This document shows, one piece after another, positions 1 through 9,947 of a DNA stretch of 64,000 nt (within the stretch, counting starts at the first letter, position 1; each line of letters starts with the position of its first letter). The notes beneath the pieces were generated by a model, which saw only the letters and a list, made by a program, of their open reading frames with translations, ran no database searches and was not told the origin of the DNA. The DNA lies in NCBI GenBank assembly GCA_965216635.1, contig OZ244188.1, positions 1,184,001 to 1,248,000 of the forward strand, read 5' to 3'. The position numbers and the translations under genes are program-made. This DNA comes from a bacterium (GTDB taxonomy: Bacteria > SAR324 > XYD2-FULL-50-16 > G965216635).

Positions 1-2
1 TC

Positions 3-398
3 AAGCAAGATAAAGAAGCGGAAATAGAAACTTATTTTATAATAGATGCAAATAGTAGTAGAGAAAAGTTCTTAGAAACTTTAGCAGATTCTGGAATACA
101 AAAAGAAAATATTTTTACTTTCCCTGATAACAAAAGTAATGGAAATTTAGAAGACTTGATTAGAAAAATCTGTGTAGATAAAAACAATTTTTTTGAATGT
201 ATGGATGATTTTAACAAATGTATTAGTGATAAGAAATTAAAACTTATAGACCCAAAAGCTGAAATCTATGCTTATGATTATGCTGTAGGTGGTGAGGGTA
301 AAGAAGAATATAGAAAATACTATGACTCTAAAAACTATGATTTAAACCACCCTGCTTTAAACCCTCTCAAAAAATTTTTGCAAAGCAGATTTTCTTAA
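3..398 (+). CDS. Partial (5'-truncated) DUF3226-like protein
   Basis: The frame is open from position 3 (…FIIDANS…IFTFPDNKSNGNLEDLIRKI…LNHPALNPLKKFL). The IIDA / FPxN..GxLEDL pattern resembles DUF3226. Confidence 0.55.
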   Translation, partial: KQDKEAEIETYFIIDANSSREKFLETLADSGIQKENIFTFPDNKSNGNLEDLIRKICVDKNNFFECMDDFNKCISDKKLKLIDPKAEIYAYDYAVGGEGKEEYRKYYDSKNYDLNHPALNPLKKFLQSRFS

Positions 399-411
399 AG
401 TAAATCGCTCT

Positions 412-1683
412 ATGATAAAACAACTTCAAGCAGAAAATTTTAAGCTTTCTCTTTGGAAAGAAGAAAATAATCAAGCAGAATTTAAAAAAAAGGTTGAGTT
501 TATTCTACAACAGGTTAGAGAGAAAGGAGATGAAGCACTATACCAACTCACGCGAGATATAGACAAGGTTTCTCTTAACAGTTTAAAAGTCCCGTTAGCA
601 CAAATTCAAGACTCTGCTAAACAATTATCCAAGAAACAGCGGTTAGCAATACAGCAAGCAGCCAAAAACATCCGTCACTACCACGAAAAAACAATGCCTC
701 AAAGTTGGCGAGAGGAAACTTCAGAGCTTTATTGGGGGCAAATATTTTCTCCTATTTCTAAAGTAGGAATTTATATTCCGGGTGGGCTAGCTGGTTATAT
801 TTCCACAGTTTTGATGAACTGTATTCCAGCACAACTTGCAAGAGTAGAATCTATTCAAGTCGTTAGTCCCCCTACAAAATCTGGGTTGCCTCACAGTGTC
901 GTTTTGGCGGCTTTAGATTTTTTAGGCATTAGCGAGGTTTTTGCTGTAGGAGGAGCTCAAGCTGTTGCTGCTTTAGCTTACGGCACGGAAAGTATAGCAA
1001 AAGTAGATCTAATCACAGGACCGGGAAACCACTTCGTAGCTGAAGCCAAAAGACAACTTTTTGGAACAGTGGGTATAGATTCTATTGCAGGTCCCAGCGA
1101 AATTGCCATTCTTTTAGACGAAAAAGATAATACTCCTTTGGAATGGATTGCAACGGATCTTGTAGCCCAAGCAGAACACGGGCATAATTCTAAAGCTCTT
1201 TTGGTCACTCACAATAGAGAAAAAGCAAAAAAAATAGCAGCTTGTGTGGATTCTTTGGTAGAAAAATCTCCAAAAAAAAATATACTCCAAGTGTCTATTA
1301 GTAAGTTTGGATTTATTATTACCACAAAAAACTTGAACGAGAGCATAAAAATTATAAACGAAGTAGCTGCAGAACATTTACAGATTTTTTCCACAAATAA
1401 AAGTATTTTAGCTAAAATCAAAAATGCTGGAGCTATTTTTTGGGGAAGCTATTCTCCGGTCGCGATGGGCGACTATGTGGCAGGAGCGAATCATACCCTA
1501 CCGACAGGTACAACAGCGAGATTTTCTTCTCCCTTAAACGTGAGCAGTTTTATGAAAAGCTCCTCTTTTATAGAATACAAAAAAACAGGTTTTCAAAAAC
1601 AAGCTTCATCAGCTTCTCTTTTAGCCGAGTTAGAAGGAGAAGTGGAACACGCAAATTCTATTTTTAGCAGGCTAAAAAAATGA
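412..1683 (+). CDS. hisD: Histidinol dehydrogenase
   Basis: 423 aa; motifs GIYIPGG, GGAQAVAALAYGTE, GPGN, GIDSIAGPSE, QAEH, AEHL, GDY.AG.NHTLPT. Confidence 0.97.
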   Translation: MIKQLQAENFKLSLWKEENNQAEFKKKVEFILQQVREKGDEALYQLTRDIDKVSLNSLKVPLAQIQDSAKQLSKKQRLAIQQAAKNIRHYHEKTMPQSWREETSELYWGQIFSPISKVGIYIPGGLAGYISTVLMNCIPAQLARVESIQVVSPPTKSGLPHSVVLAALDFLGISEVFAVGGAQAVAALAYGTESIAKVDLITGPGNHFVAEAKRQLFGTVGIDSIAGPSEIAILLDEKDNTPLEWIATDLVAQAEHGHNSKALLVTHNREKAKKIAACVDSLVEKSPKKNILQVSISKFGFIITTKNLNESIKIINEVAAEHLQIFSTNKSILAKIKNAGAIFWGSYSPVAMGDYVAGANHTLPTGTTARFSSPLNVSSFMKSSSFIEYKKTGFQKQASSASLLAELEGEVEHANSIFSRLKK

Positions 1684-2576
1684 AAATTCTCATCACAGGT
1701 GCTAGTGGCTTAATCGGTTCCGAATTAGTAGAAGAGCTTTATTTAAGCAGGCATGAAATTGTGGTGTTGACTAGAGATTTGGCTGTCGCTAAAAAAAAAT
1801 TACCTTATCTTATAAAATTTCATCTTTGGAAAAAAGGTGCGCCTCCTCAAGAAGCACTGCAAGGCATACAAGGGGTGATTAATCTTATGGGAGAAAACAT
1901 TGCAAAAAAAAGATGGACTAAAAGGCAGAAAAAAAAAATTTATGATTCTAGGGTTCAGAATACAAAAAGTTTAGTGCAAGCCTTAAAAGAGCAAAAACTA
2001 GATTTTTTTATCTCTGCATCTGCTATTGGTTATTATCCAAACTGTAGCTCTCAAAACTTGGTAGAAGAATCTGCTACGGGAAAAGGGTTTTTAGCAGAGG
2101 TTTGTAAAGCTTGGGAAAAAGAAGCCTTGCAAGCCAAAGCTAAAAAGATAGTTATTTTGCGGTTAGGAGCTGTTTTAAGTTCTAAAGGAGGCGTTTTAGC
2201 AAAATTGATTCCTATATTCCGCATGAATTTAGGAGGTAGTATAGGTTTAGGAAAAAGAGCTTTTAACTGGATTCATTTCAAAGATGTGGTTTATTTTCTT
2301 CGCCTCGCCGTTTCAGAAAAAAAATACAACGGCGTTTTTAATTTAGTAAGTCCCAATCCTGTTAGCAATAAAAAATTCACCAAAATTCTAGCGCAAACTT
2401 TACAAAGAACCGCTTTTTTTCCTATAGCTCCCATTTTTTTAAAAATGGTTTATGGAGAAATGTCTAGTTTGCTATTAAACGAGCAAAGAGTAATCCCTCA
2501 AAAACTTTTACAGTTACAACACCCTTTTTTGTATCCTGATATTAAGGATGCTCTTGCTAGTATTATAGACTTTTGA
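1680..2576 (+). CDS. TIGR01777-family NAD-dependent epimerase/oxidoreductase
   Basis: GASGLIG Rossmann motif, RWT...KKKIYDSRV, SASAIGYY, FLAEVCKAWE, WIH..D. Confidence 0.9.
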   Translation: MKILITGASGLIGSELVEELYLSRHEIVVLTRDLAVAKKKLPYLIKFHLWKKGAPPQEALQGIQGVINLMGENIAKKRWTKRQKKKIYDSRVQNTKSLVQALKEQKLDFFISASAIGYYPNCSSQNLVEESATGKGFLAEVCKAWEKEALQAKAKKIVILRLGAVLSSKGGVLAKLIPIFRMNLGGSIGLGKRAFNWIHFKDVVYFLRLAVSEKKYNGVFNLVSPNPVSNKKFTKILAQTLQRTAFFPIAPIFLKMVYGEMSSLLLNEQRVIPQKLLQLQHPFLYPDIKDALASIIDF

Positions 2577-2604
2577 ATTTGCCAAATTCAAAGCTCTATA
2601 TTAT

Positions 2605-4035
2605 TTAAAAACCTTGCGGTCTCAATTTTTCAAACATCCCGCAAAACTTAGTATCAGGATAGTTATTTTTTAGATAATCAAACCAAAGATTATGTAAATA
2701 ATCGGAATCTTTTTGTGGCGACTTCAAAAGCAAATGATTTCTTAAATCCCTTCCTTTTTCTACTGTATAAGCACTGCTAGCAACCAAAAATTTTTTTTGA
2801 TGCCTTTCAAATAAGCCTTTTATTTCAGGAATCGTATCTGCTTGCAGTAAGTATTTTTTTTCCAGACTGGATATTTTTACAAAATCGTAAGCGGACAATA
2901 AGACAAAAGCCCTTTTATTAAAATAAGGTAAAAGATAAAAAAGCTCTTTTCTTTGTATTGTATCTCCCGTAAAAAGAGAAAAAAATTGAAACCGAAGACG
3001 AGGTAAGATGCTATAATTAGCTCCTTTACCTTGCACTGCTTTGGCAAAGCTATACTCCAAACATCTTTTATAATCTGTTCCTCCTTTGTATCTCCAAAAT
3101 GTGTTATGTTGTAAATATTTAGAAAATCCATCTTTCACCACAACTGTTTTTTTTTGAGTCCAGTGTGGGATAGCTGTGATTTTTTTATCTTTCAATGAAA
3201 TATTCAATTCTAACCAACCAAAACCTTTACTCGCAGGAGTCGCTACGGGAATGTTTTGTATTCTTTCTAATGAAGGAGCAGTTTTTATAGAAGAACTTCG
3301 GCTAGCCAGAGACAAAGGAATTGTAGCAGAAATGAGTAAATCCCAATTTGGGAAATAGGTTACAACTTGCTCCAAATTAGGAATATTGTTACTAGGAGAA
3401 AAAAATCTACTTAAATGAAAAACACCTATAACAAAATCAGGTTTTTCTTTTTTTATATTCTTTTGGATTTGTTGGAGACTTTTTTTCCAATCCAAAAATC
3501 TCCAAGAAGACTTTGAGAACGAAGAATAACTCAATGAAAATTCAGGATAAGATAAAGCCGTAATAAAAATTTTTTTATTTGCCTTGTGAAAAATCTTGTA
3601 GTTTTGAATGGAAGGATGTTTGAGATTTGCAGAAATTAAATTTAATTTCTGTTTTGCTAAAATTTGATCTAAAATATCTAGGTTTCTTAAATCTAGGTTG
3701 CCTAAATTGATCAAATCGTAATTTAAGTTAAGAAAATTTTTTAAGAAGAGGTTTTTTTCTAGTGGTAATTGTTGGAAGGAATAAAAACTCCTCGCAGAAC
3801 CATAGAAAAAATCTCCAGCGTCTAGCAAAAGAGCTTGTGGGTAAGTCTGTTTTTTTTGGTGAAGCTCTTTTATTAAAAAAGCTAATCCTCTTTTTTTTGA
3901 TTGAGGATAAAAATCTTTACTATTCCACCAACCTTGTTGGTTAGCAGTAATAAATAATTTTAAATGAAAATTTGGTTCTGCCTTTATAGGAAAGACAATA
4001 AAAACAAATAAAAAAATGCACAGAACATTTTTCAT
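2605..4035 (-). CDS. Secreted 5'-nucleotidase-like metallophosphoesterase-fold protein (degenerate metal motifs)
   Basis: Signal peptide; LLDAGDFFYGS and ISANL motifs; GNLDL in place of the usual GNHE. Confidence 0.65.
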   Translation of the reverse strand: MKNVLCIFLFVFIVFPIKAEPNFHLKLFITANQQGWWNSKDFYPQSKKRGLAFLIKELHQKKQTYPQALLLDAGDFFYGSARSFYSFQQLPLEKNLFLKNFLNLNYDLINLGNLDLRNLDILDQILAKQKLNLISANLKHPSIQNYKIFHKANKKIFITALSYPEFSLSYSSFSKSSWRFLDWKKSLQQIQKNIKKEKPDFVIGVFHLSRFFSPSNNIPNLEQVVTYFPNWDLLISATIPLSLASRSSSIKTAPSLERIQNIPVATPASKGFGWLELNISLKDKKITAIPHWTQKKTVVVKDGFSKYLQHNTFWRYKGGTDYKRCLEYSFAKAVQGKGANYSILPRLRFQFFSLFTGDTIQRKELFYLLPYFNKRAFVLLSAYDFVKISSLEKKYLLQADTIPEIKGLFERHQKKFLVASSAYTVEKGRDLRNHLLLKSPQKDSDYLHNLWFDYLKNNYPDTKFCGMFEKLRPQGF

Positions 4036-4345
4036 TGTAAGGAGGTTTTTCTGGATTTGAAGAAAAAAAGATTTTAGTTAGGCTGTGGATATAGGTCTCT
4101 ATCAGGACTCACTCTAGCCCCCTGATGTGAATTGTAATGGTTTTTGGTGGAGAGAGTGACAAATTCTGCTAAGATGTTTTAAGATCTGTGGGATGAAATT
4201 TAGTAGACTTTTACAATGCTTAATAACACCTAAACTCAAACTAGGAGCCACCCTCCAACCCTTAATAGGAGGATCGGATTAGGGTTGGAGAATGACAAAA
4301 TCGCTTGTCCGCAGTAGCGGGAAAAAGAAATGGATTTTATAGACC

Positions 4346-5767
4346 TTAATTACTTACCTTCTTCTTTAGATCTCTTAACATTTCAATATTTTTCCTATCA
4401 CCTGTAAATTCTTCTGCTATTTCCAATAATTTTTTGGATGTTGCGGGAGCTATATTAGGTGTTTCTTCGCCTATAGTCTGTTGTATAGCATTGACGATAC
4501 TATTGAAAGCAAAACTCCTTGCTTGTTGTCTTAACTCAAAGAGTAGATTTAAGTGTTTGTCGCTAGTCACATTGATACCAGCTTGATTAATACTAGCAAC
4601 TAGTTCTTGAGTTTGAGATGCTACAGAGCTAACATCATTCTCTTTTCTAATTTGTTGTAGTGTAGCTCTATGTTTATCAATAATAGCAGCAAAGGCTGAT
4701 TGCTCTTTTTGATCTTCTTCAAAGAAGGGACTAAAAGAAATAGATTTTTCCTCTTGGCTAGCCAAAGAGTTATAGCTATTGCGATAAAAAAAGGTTATAA
4801 ATAAATCCCTCTTACCAAACTTAGAGATTTGAGGTGCAAGATTTGTCAGCAATGGATTAAACCTCATCTTCAGTAAAGTTCTAGAAATATATCTTGCATC
4901 ATTGACAATCTCAATATCCTTTAAATATTCGTGCTGAGTTGCTAAATCAAATTTTCCAGTAATTACCGTGTTGGGAATAGTTATGTAGAGCAAATAGCTC
5001 TTATATTTTTTTTGTTCTAAAATTTCTATACCAATCATTTCTTCTGTTAAAAGACTGTCTTGGTCTAGGGTTAATTGAATAGAAAATTGAGGGGTTCCTC
5101 CTAAATTCAAATCTAGATTGTGAAATTGGATATTTTCAATAGAATAAATTTTATCCATTACCCTTATTTCTGGATAGGTTCCAGCTAAAAGCCTTTGCTC
5201 TTCTAATAACCTATAAGCGTCGTAGTAAGTAATATAATCTCTTTCTCCGTTGTGAAGTTCTATGCTATAATGATAGGTGTGTCCTTGTATGTTCTTCCCA
5301 AAACGGCTTTCTATAGCGTAGGGTACAATGTTGATGGCTTTGATAGTGTGTAAGATACTCTGCCCTGCGAGAGGGTCGTCTCCGCTGTAATATTTAAGGT
5401 AGCTTTTTGCATTTAAAGCAACTTTACGGAATTCTTTTCTATCTAAAACAACAAAGCTGCTACTCTCTGAAAAAGGAAAAACTAAAACTTTATTATTTCT
5501 TAAAAAAATTTTTTCACCAACAGCTAATTTTTGAAGGTAGCTAATAAACAATTTGTATATTTTCCCAGTTTGAGAAATACCTTCAAGATAATATCGTTCG
5601 TTACCTACTTTTTTAATGTCTATCGCTACTAAAAAATCGTCTTCAATAGAAGCGTGCATTAAAACACTAGCTAGGTTTCTAGCATTCTGTATATCTGTAT
5701 ACTTTGGACTAGCTACCAATACAGATAGATTCAAACAGAATAAAACTACAATGATAATTTTTTTCAT
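4346..5767 (-). CDS. Hypothetical exported protein
   Basis: 473-aa ORF with an N-terminal signal peptide; no family recognised. Confidence 0.75.
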   Translation of the reverse strand: MKKIIIVVLFCLNLSVLVASPKYTDIQNARNLASVLMHASIEDDFLVAIDIKKVGNERYYLEGISQTGKIYKLFISYLQKLAVGEKIFLRNNKVLVFPFSESSSFVVLDRKEFRKVALNAKSYLKYYSGDDPLAGQSILHTIKAINIVPYAIESRFGKNIQGHTYHYSIELHNGERDYITYYDAYRLLEEQRLLAGTYPEIRVMDKIYSIENIQFHNLDLNLGGTPQFSIQLTLDQDSLLTEEMIGIEILEQKKYKSYLLYITIPNTVITGKFDLATQHEYLKDIEIVNDARYISRTLLKMRFNPLLTNLAPQISKFGKRDLFITFFYRNSYNSLASQEEKSISFSPFFEEDQKEQSAFAAIIDKHRATLQQIRKENDVSSVASQTQELVASINQAGINVTSDKHLNLLFELRQQARSFAFNSIVNAIQQTIGEETPNIAPATSKKLLEIAEEFTGDRKNIEMLRDLKKKVSN

Positions 5768-5780
5768 AATTTTTTTTAAA

Positions 5781-5915
5781 AACCTTTTGAATTTGTGTTA
5801 TGCGACGGCAAGGCAAGGCAAAAAAATTTTAGCTCGCTGGAATACTGGAGTATTTCAAGAGTTAAAATTTTTTTTTAACAACGCATAGGCTAAACAGAAC
5901 ACAAATTCAAAGGTT
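5781..5915. mobile_element. MITE-like element (representative full copy)
   Basis: Terminal inverted repeats AACCTTTTGAATTTGTGTT ... AACACAAATTCAAAGGTT; interior segments recur at about 7174-7300, 13642-13985 and 22587-22678. Confidence 0.7.
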
Positions 5916-5919
5916 TTTT

Positions 5920-6798
5920 TTATTCAATAATAAGAATTTCTACATCCACTTCCTTCTTTTTACTCTCACTTATAAAGGGTATAATTACATAAACATCTCT
6001 TAATAAATCAGATAGATAGATAGCGGATAGATAGTGATCGTTTTTGAAGTAAATCACATTTCTACCATAATTTTCCATCGGCATTTGAGTGATGCTCACC
6101 ACATTAAGTTTCAAATCTAAAGATCTTTCAATACGGCTTTTTTTATTTTTCAAAAGAAGGCTAGATAGATTATAAGCTTTCTTTTTTGTAGCCCGATTAT
6201 GTAAAATTGTTATATTTAGCCGTTCAGGTTTTTTATAAACTTTAGAAATTGTAATGCTGTCTCCAATAGGATTACTTTGTATGCTGTCATTTTCTACTAT
6301 ACTACTCGTAGCAGCTGTGTTTGTTGTAGCAGCTGTGTCTGTTATAGCAGGTGTTTCTATAATTTCTACAGATTCAGTCAAATTTAAATTGATGTTAACT
6401 TTCTTTTTCTTGATAACAACACTAGAAATTTCAATATTTTGGCTAGTAACCAGCTTTATACGAGTAGCTACTTCTTCTCCTAGTGATACCTCTGACAGTT
6501 CTATATTACTGATTTTTTCTGCGATGGAATTTTTTATTTTTTTGTTTTTGGCTTTTCCTAAAAAAGTTTTTTGTAGCTCAATAACAAAACCATCGGCTTC
6601 TTTTATCAGCAAAATAGCATCTTCTGTGAACGGCTTAAAAGAGCCACGTAAGTCTAAACAAACTCTCTTTTTAGAGGAATTTAAAGCAACTTTATTCAAT
6701 GTAGAAGTAGGAACTTCTTGTGCCTTAAGCAATGAATCTGTGAAGAATAGGCTAAAACAGAAAATAGCAATAATGTAAGCCAAAGAGCGCTTTTTCAT
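5920..6798 (-). CDS. Hypothetical exported protein, possible AMIN-like N-terminal domain
   Basis: 292 aa; signal peptide, beta-rich N-terminal domain ending RIKL, Thr/Ala-rich linker. Confidence 0.7.
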   Translation of the reverse strand: MKKRSLAYIIAIFCFSLFFTDSLLKAQEVPTSTLNKVALNSSKKRVCLDLRGSFKPFTEDAILLIKEADGFVIELQKTFLGKAKNKKIKNSIAEKISNIELSEVSLGEEVATRIKLVTSQNIEISSVVIKKKKVNINLNLTESVEIIETPAITDTAATTNTAATSSIVENDSIQSNPIGDSITISKVYKKPERLNITILHNRATKKKAYNLSSLLLKNKKSRIERSLDLKLNVVSITQMPMENYGRNVIYFKNDHYLSAIYLSDLLRDVYVIIPFISESKKKEVDVEILIIE

Positions 6799-6976
6799 AG
6801 TATATAGATTTTTATTTATAAAAATATTAAAAACTACAAGGCAAGATGTGTGCCCAAGTTAGTCTTTAATTCTCTGTAGGAAAATTGAAACCTTGTGAAT
6901 TAGACATTCTGATACTTCAACGCTGCATAGCGCTAAACTAGATAAGCAAATTCAAAAGTCTATAAAAGTTTTTATA

Positions 6977-7020
6977 GCTGGTTGTTTTATTTTGGCAAAT
7001 TCTCTTTTTAAAGTCAAGCC
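6977..7020 (-). promoter_or_regulatory. Repeated sigma70-like promoter module (copy 1 of 6)
   Basis: Minus strand TTGACT-N17-CAAAAT with TG upstream of the -10; related copies near 8850, 9790, 11480, 12675 and 14010. Confidence 0.6.
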
Positions 7021-7054
7021 CCCAAAAAAGAAAAAACCAAATAAAAAAACAAAT

Positions 7055-7170
7055 GCATTGCAGGGGACATTTTTTTTGCTCCAAATGGTTGACTAAGCAA
7101 CCATTTTTGGTAAAAATGTGTCCCCGTTCTTAAATAAGATGTATTTGTGGAATGCGGGGACACATTTTTT
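7055..7170. repeat. REP-like palindromic element (GGGGACA.../...TGTCCCC)
   Basis: AAAAATGTGTCCCCG ... CGGGGACACATTTTT inverted repeat; related copies at about 9865-9915, 11547-11670 and, inverted, 51497-51553. Confidence 0.6.
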
Positions 7171-7381
7171 GCTGAATTAGACATTCTAGTTCGGCTATGC
7201 GGCGTTAAAAAAAAATTTTAACTCTTGAAATATTACATATATTCCAGCGAGCTAAAATTTTTTTTTTGTCTTGCCTAGACTTCCTATAATGCCTAATTTT
7301 ATTTGTGGGACGGGTTTTTAAAAAACATCCCCTACAGATTTTTTAAAGCTCCCTTATGATAGGCATTTTCCAGAAGCTTCC

Positions 7382-8752
7382 TTAACGAAAGCGCCAGATG
7401 AAATTTATGCTAATGCTGGCTGGATTTTTGATTTCTGCAGTTTGGTGGTGCTCCCTGGTCACAGTCTTTTTAGTGCTTGTAGTCGTTGTTGCGTTCACTA
7501 CACTGGGAATCGTCGCAGTAACCACTATTCTAGTATCATACCCTCCAAATCTATCTCTTTTTACCGCCTCATAGTTATTTTCGTGTACTCCACCTTCCCG
7601 CTGCAGACCAACAATGACTCTCCTTTGGATAGTAGCACCAGTAGTAGGTAGAGTAGAAGTCGTAGTCTTAGTCGTAGGAGTAATGATCTGGGTATCCTGC
7701 ACCGCAAGATCCAGCCCTAGCCAAAATAAACCTACCTGAATCTGCAAGTTTTTTGTAACGGGATAATTGTAGGCAAAATGCAAGGCGGGTGCTGTGCCCG
7801 ACGCCGAGCCAAAAGAAGTGCCTAGTTTCGCACTCGCTAAACCTCCTCCTACAGAAAAACCGTAGGGTAGAAAGTAACGGGCTAAAAGTACCTGGGCTTG
7901 CAGCTTGTCGTCCCCTGCGCTCCATTGGAGTTGGTTGAAAGACAAGGAGTATTTTTCAAAGTTAAAACCGAACGAGATTCCTGTTCCCTTGAGGTTTGAG
8001 GTTTCTTCTGAGGTTTTGTCTGGTAGTGGTGTTGTGTCGTCTGATAGTATGTTTTCCTCTGGATCAGAGGGAGATAAAACAAACTCAAAAAAATCTTTAC
8101 AATCCGATGCACTAATATCAGTCGTTGTTGGCGTTGTATCTGCTAAGAGTTGCTTTAGACCAACTGTTAAGTCTGTCGCTTCATCGTAGCTAACCAAAGA
8201 GATGATATCTGGGGTATAATATCCTTGCACACCTCCTTGTATTCCCGAGCTATCTCCTTGCGTTATTTCACGGATCGTTCCATTCTCACACAATAATTCA
8301 GCATCTACTGTTGCAGTTTCTTTGAAATAATCTGGATCATTCGAACCAAACCTCGCTCTGTGTACGTCATCTGAAGCAAAGTTAGGCACAGTGGCGTGGT
8401 AGCTAGTAGCACCTACATCCTCAGTTACTAATTCGCTTACTTGCGTCCTTTCCTCACTTGTTATCCTGCTTGTTTTTTTGAGTTTTACATCCATCACAAA
8501 AGGACTAACACCAACAAACCAACCCTGCTGTCTTGCTTGTTCTCCTTCTTGGGCTTGCAGACTATTCGCCGCACCTACAAGAGAAAAGAGCAAACCCACG
8601 AAAAAGACAGCCTTAAACGAACCAGCAAACCTACCCATAACAGAACCTGCAAACCTACCCATAACAGAACCAGCACCCGATCCAGTAAAATTTTTACTAT
8701 TCATTTTACCAGTAATATTACCAGTAATTTTATTTGTAATTTTATTTGACAT
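7382..8752 (-). CDS. Outer-membrane beta-barrel protein with two very long loops, paralog 1
   Basis: Signal peptide, GWFVGVSPF first strand, amphipathic strands (FSVGGGLASAKL, LHFAYNY, LQIQVGLFWL), C-terminal ISINFIWRF. Confidence 0.8.
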   Translation of the reverse strand: MSNKITNKITGNITGKMNSKNFTGSGAGSVMGRFAGSVMGRFAGSFKAVFFVGLLFSLVGAANSLQAQEGEQARQQGWFVGVSPFVMDVKLKKTSRITSEERTQVSELVTEDVGATSYHATVPNFASDDVHRARFGSNDPDYFKETATVDAELLCENGTIREITQGDSSGIQGGVQGYYTPDIISLVSYDEATDLTVGLKQLLADTTPTTTDISASDCKDFFEFVLSPSDPEENILSDDTTPLPDKTSEETSNLKGTGISFGFNFEKYSLSFNQLQWSAGDDKLQAQVLLARYFLPYGFSVGGGLASAKLGTSFGSASGTAPALHFAYNYPVTKNLQIQVGLFWLGLDLAVQDTQIITPTTKTTTSTLPTTGATIQRRVIVGLQREGGVHENNYEAVKRDRFGGYDTRIVVTATIPSVVNATTTTSTKKTVTREHHQTAEIKNPASISINFIWRFR

Positions 8753-9073
8753 TTTGTTTTTTAATTTAAATTAAACATTAAGAAAGAAAATATAGATCTA
8801 AAATCTATCTAAAAACCATCCAAAAACCATATAAGGTTTTTATAACTAGTTGTTTTATTTTGGCAAATTATCCTTTTAAAGTCAATACCCCCCAAAAAAT
8901 AAAAAGATAAAGAGAAAAAACTAAATAAAAAAACCATATTATTTTTTCTCTATTTGAAATTTGTCCAACTTTAGCATTATTAGGAAGGCATGCCTCCTGA
9001 GAAGATACCAGCAAAAAAATATCCCCTCGCCAAAATACATTTTGCAGCTAAGCTAAACTTTTCTGCTACTTTA

Positions 9074-9760
9074 TTAACTCAAAACTTTTAAAAGCTGCAA
9101 TACTGCCACAACCAGCCCACCAACTGCTAGCTGTGTTGAAATTCCTATAATCAATAGAGCGTTTTTGTGTTTTTCTGCTTCTGTTCTCATTTTTTCTATT
9201 TTTAAGTCTGTATCGTTTTTGCTGTCTGTTATTGTTCTGTCTGTATCGTTTTTATTTTTTGTTATTGTTTTTTCTAGGTCGCTTTTGGTTTCTACGATTT
9301 TACTCTCAATATCTTTCAGTTTTAGGTTTGTTTCGTTTCTGTTGTCTGTTATTATTTTTTCCAGGTCGTTTCTGTTGTCTGTTATTATTTTTTCCAGGTC
9401 GTTTCTGTTGTCTGTTATTATTTTTTCTAGGTCGTTTCTGTTGTCTGTTATTATTTTTTCTAGGTCGTTTCTGTTGTCTGTTATTATTCTGTCTGTATCG
9501 TTTTTGTTGTCTGCTATTATTCTTATCAAGTCGGTTTTGTTATCTGAAATGATGGATTCCAATCTCCAGATATCCCCTTTATCCGTAGGAAGAGTGGTAT
9601 CCAAACCCGTTTCTGTTGTACTAGAAGCCAAAGCTTTTGGGACCAGCTCTACAAACTCTCCAATAGCAATCTCTGCTCTCTTTTTTTCTGCACCTAGTCC
9701 AATCAAAAGATCGTAGATTTTGGTAGAAGTGAATTTTTGTGCTGTAGCTGTTCTTAACAT
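9074..9760 (-). CDS. Bdr/DUF1640-like coiled-coil repeat protein with C-terminal TM helix, paralog 1
   Basis: TDKGDI neck-like motif, 4 x NRNDLEKIITD plus one 18-mer, hydrophobic C-terminus. Confidence 0.8.
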   Translation of the reverse strand: MLRTATAQKFTSTKIYDLLIGLGAEKKRAEIAIGEFVELVPKALASSTTETGLDTTLPTDKGDIWRLESIISDNKTDLIRIIADNKNDTDRIITDNRNDLEKIITDNRNDLEKIITDNRNDLEKIITDNRNDLEKIITDNRNETNLKLKDIESKIVETKSDLEKTITKNKNDTDRTITDSKNDTDLKIEKMRTEAEKHKNALLIIGISTQLAVGGLVVAVLQLLKVLS

Positions 9761-9947
9761 TTTATTTTTATAAGGTTTTTATAACTAGTTGTTTTATTTT
9801 GGCAAATTCTCTTTTTAAAGTCAAGCCCCCAAAAAAGAAAAAACCAAATAAAAAAACAAATGTATTGCAGGGGACATTTTTTTTGCTCCAAATGGTTGAC
9901 TAAGCAACCATTTTGAAAAAAAAACATCCCTTACAGGTTTTTTGCTC

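Noticed and set aside
4041..4330. tmRNA or RNase P RNA
   Set aside because: GGAGGTTTTTCTGGATTTGA only loosely resembles a tmRNA 5' end. There is no T-arm/CCA 3' end and no GAGGAAAGTCC core.
5616..5888. Short ORFs overlapping repeat elements (also 11450-11702, 25360-25545, 43267-43503, 51320-51508)
   Set aside because: They run through MITE/REP DNA or antisense to pseudogenes and have no recognisable protein features.
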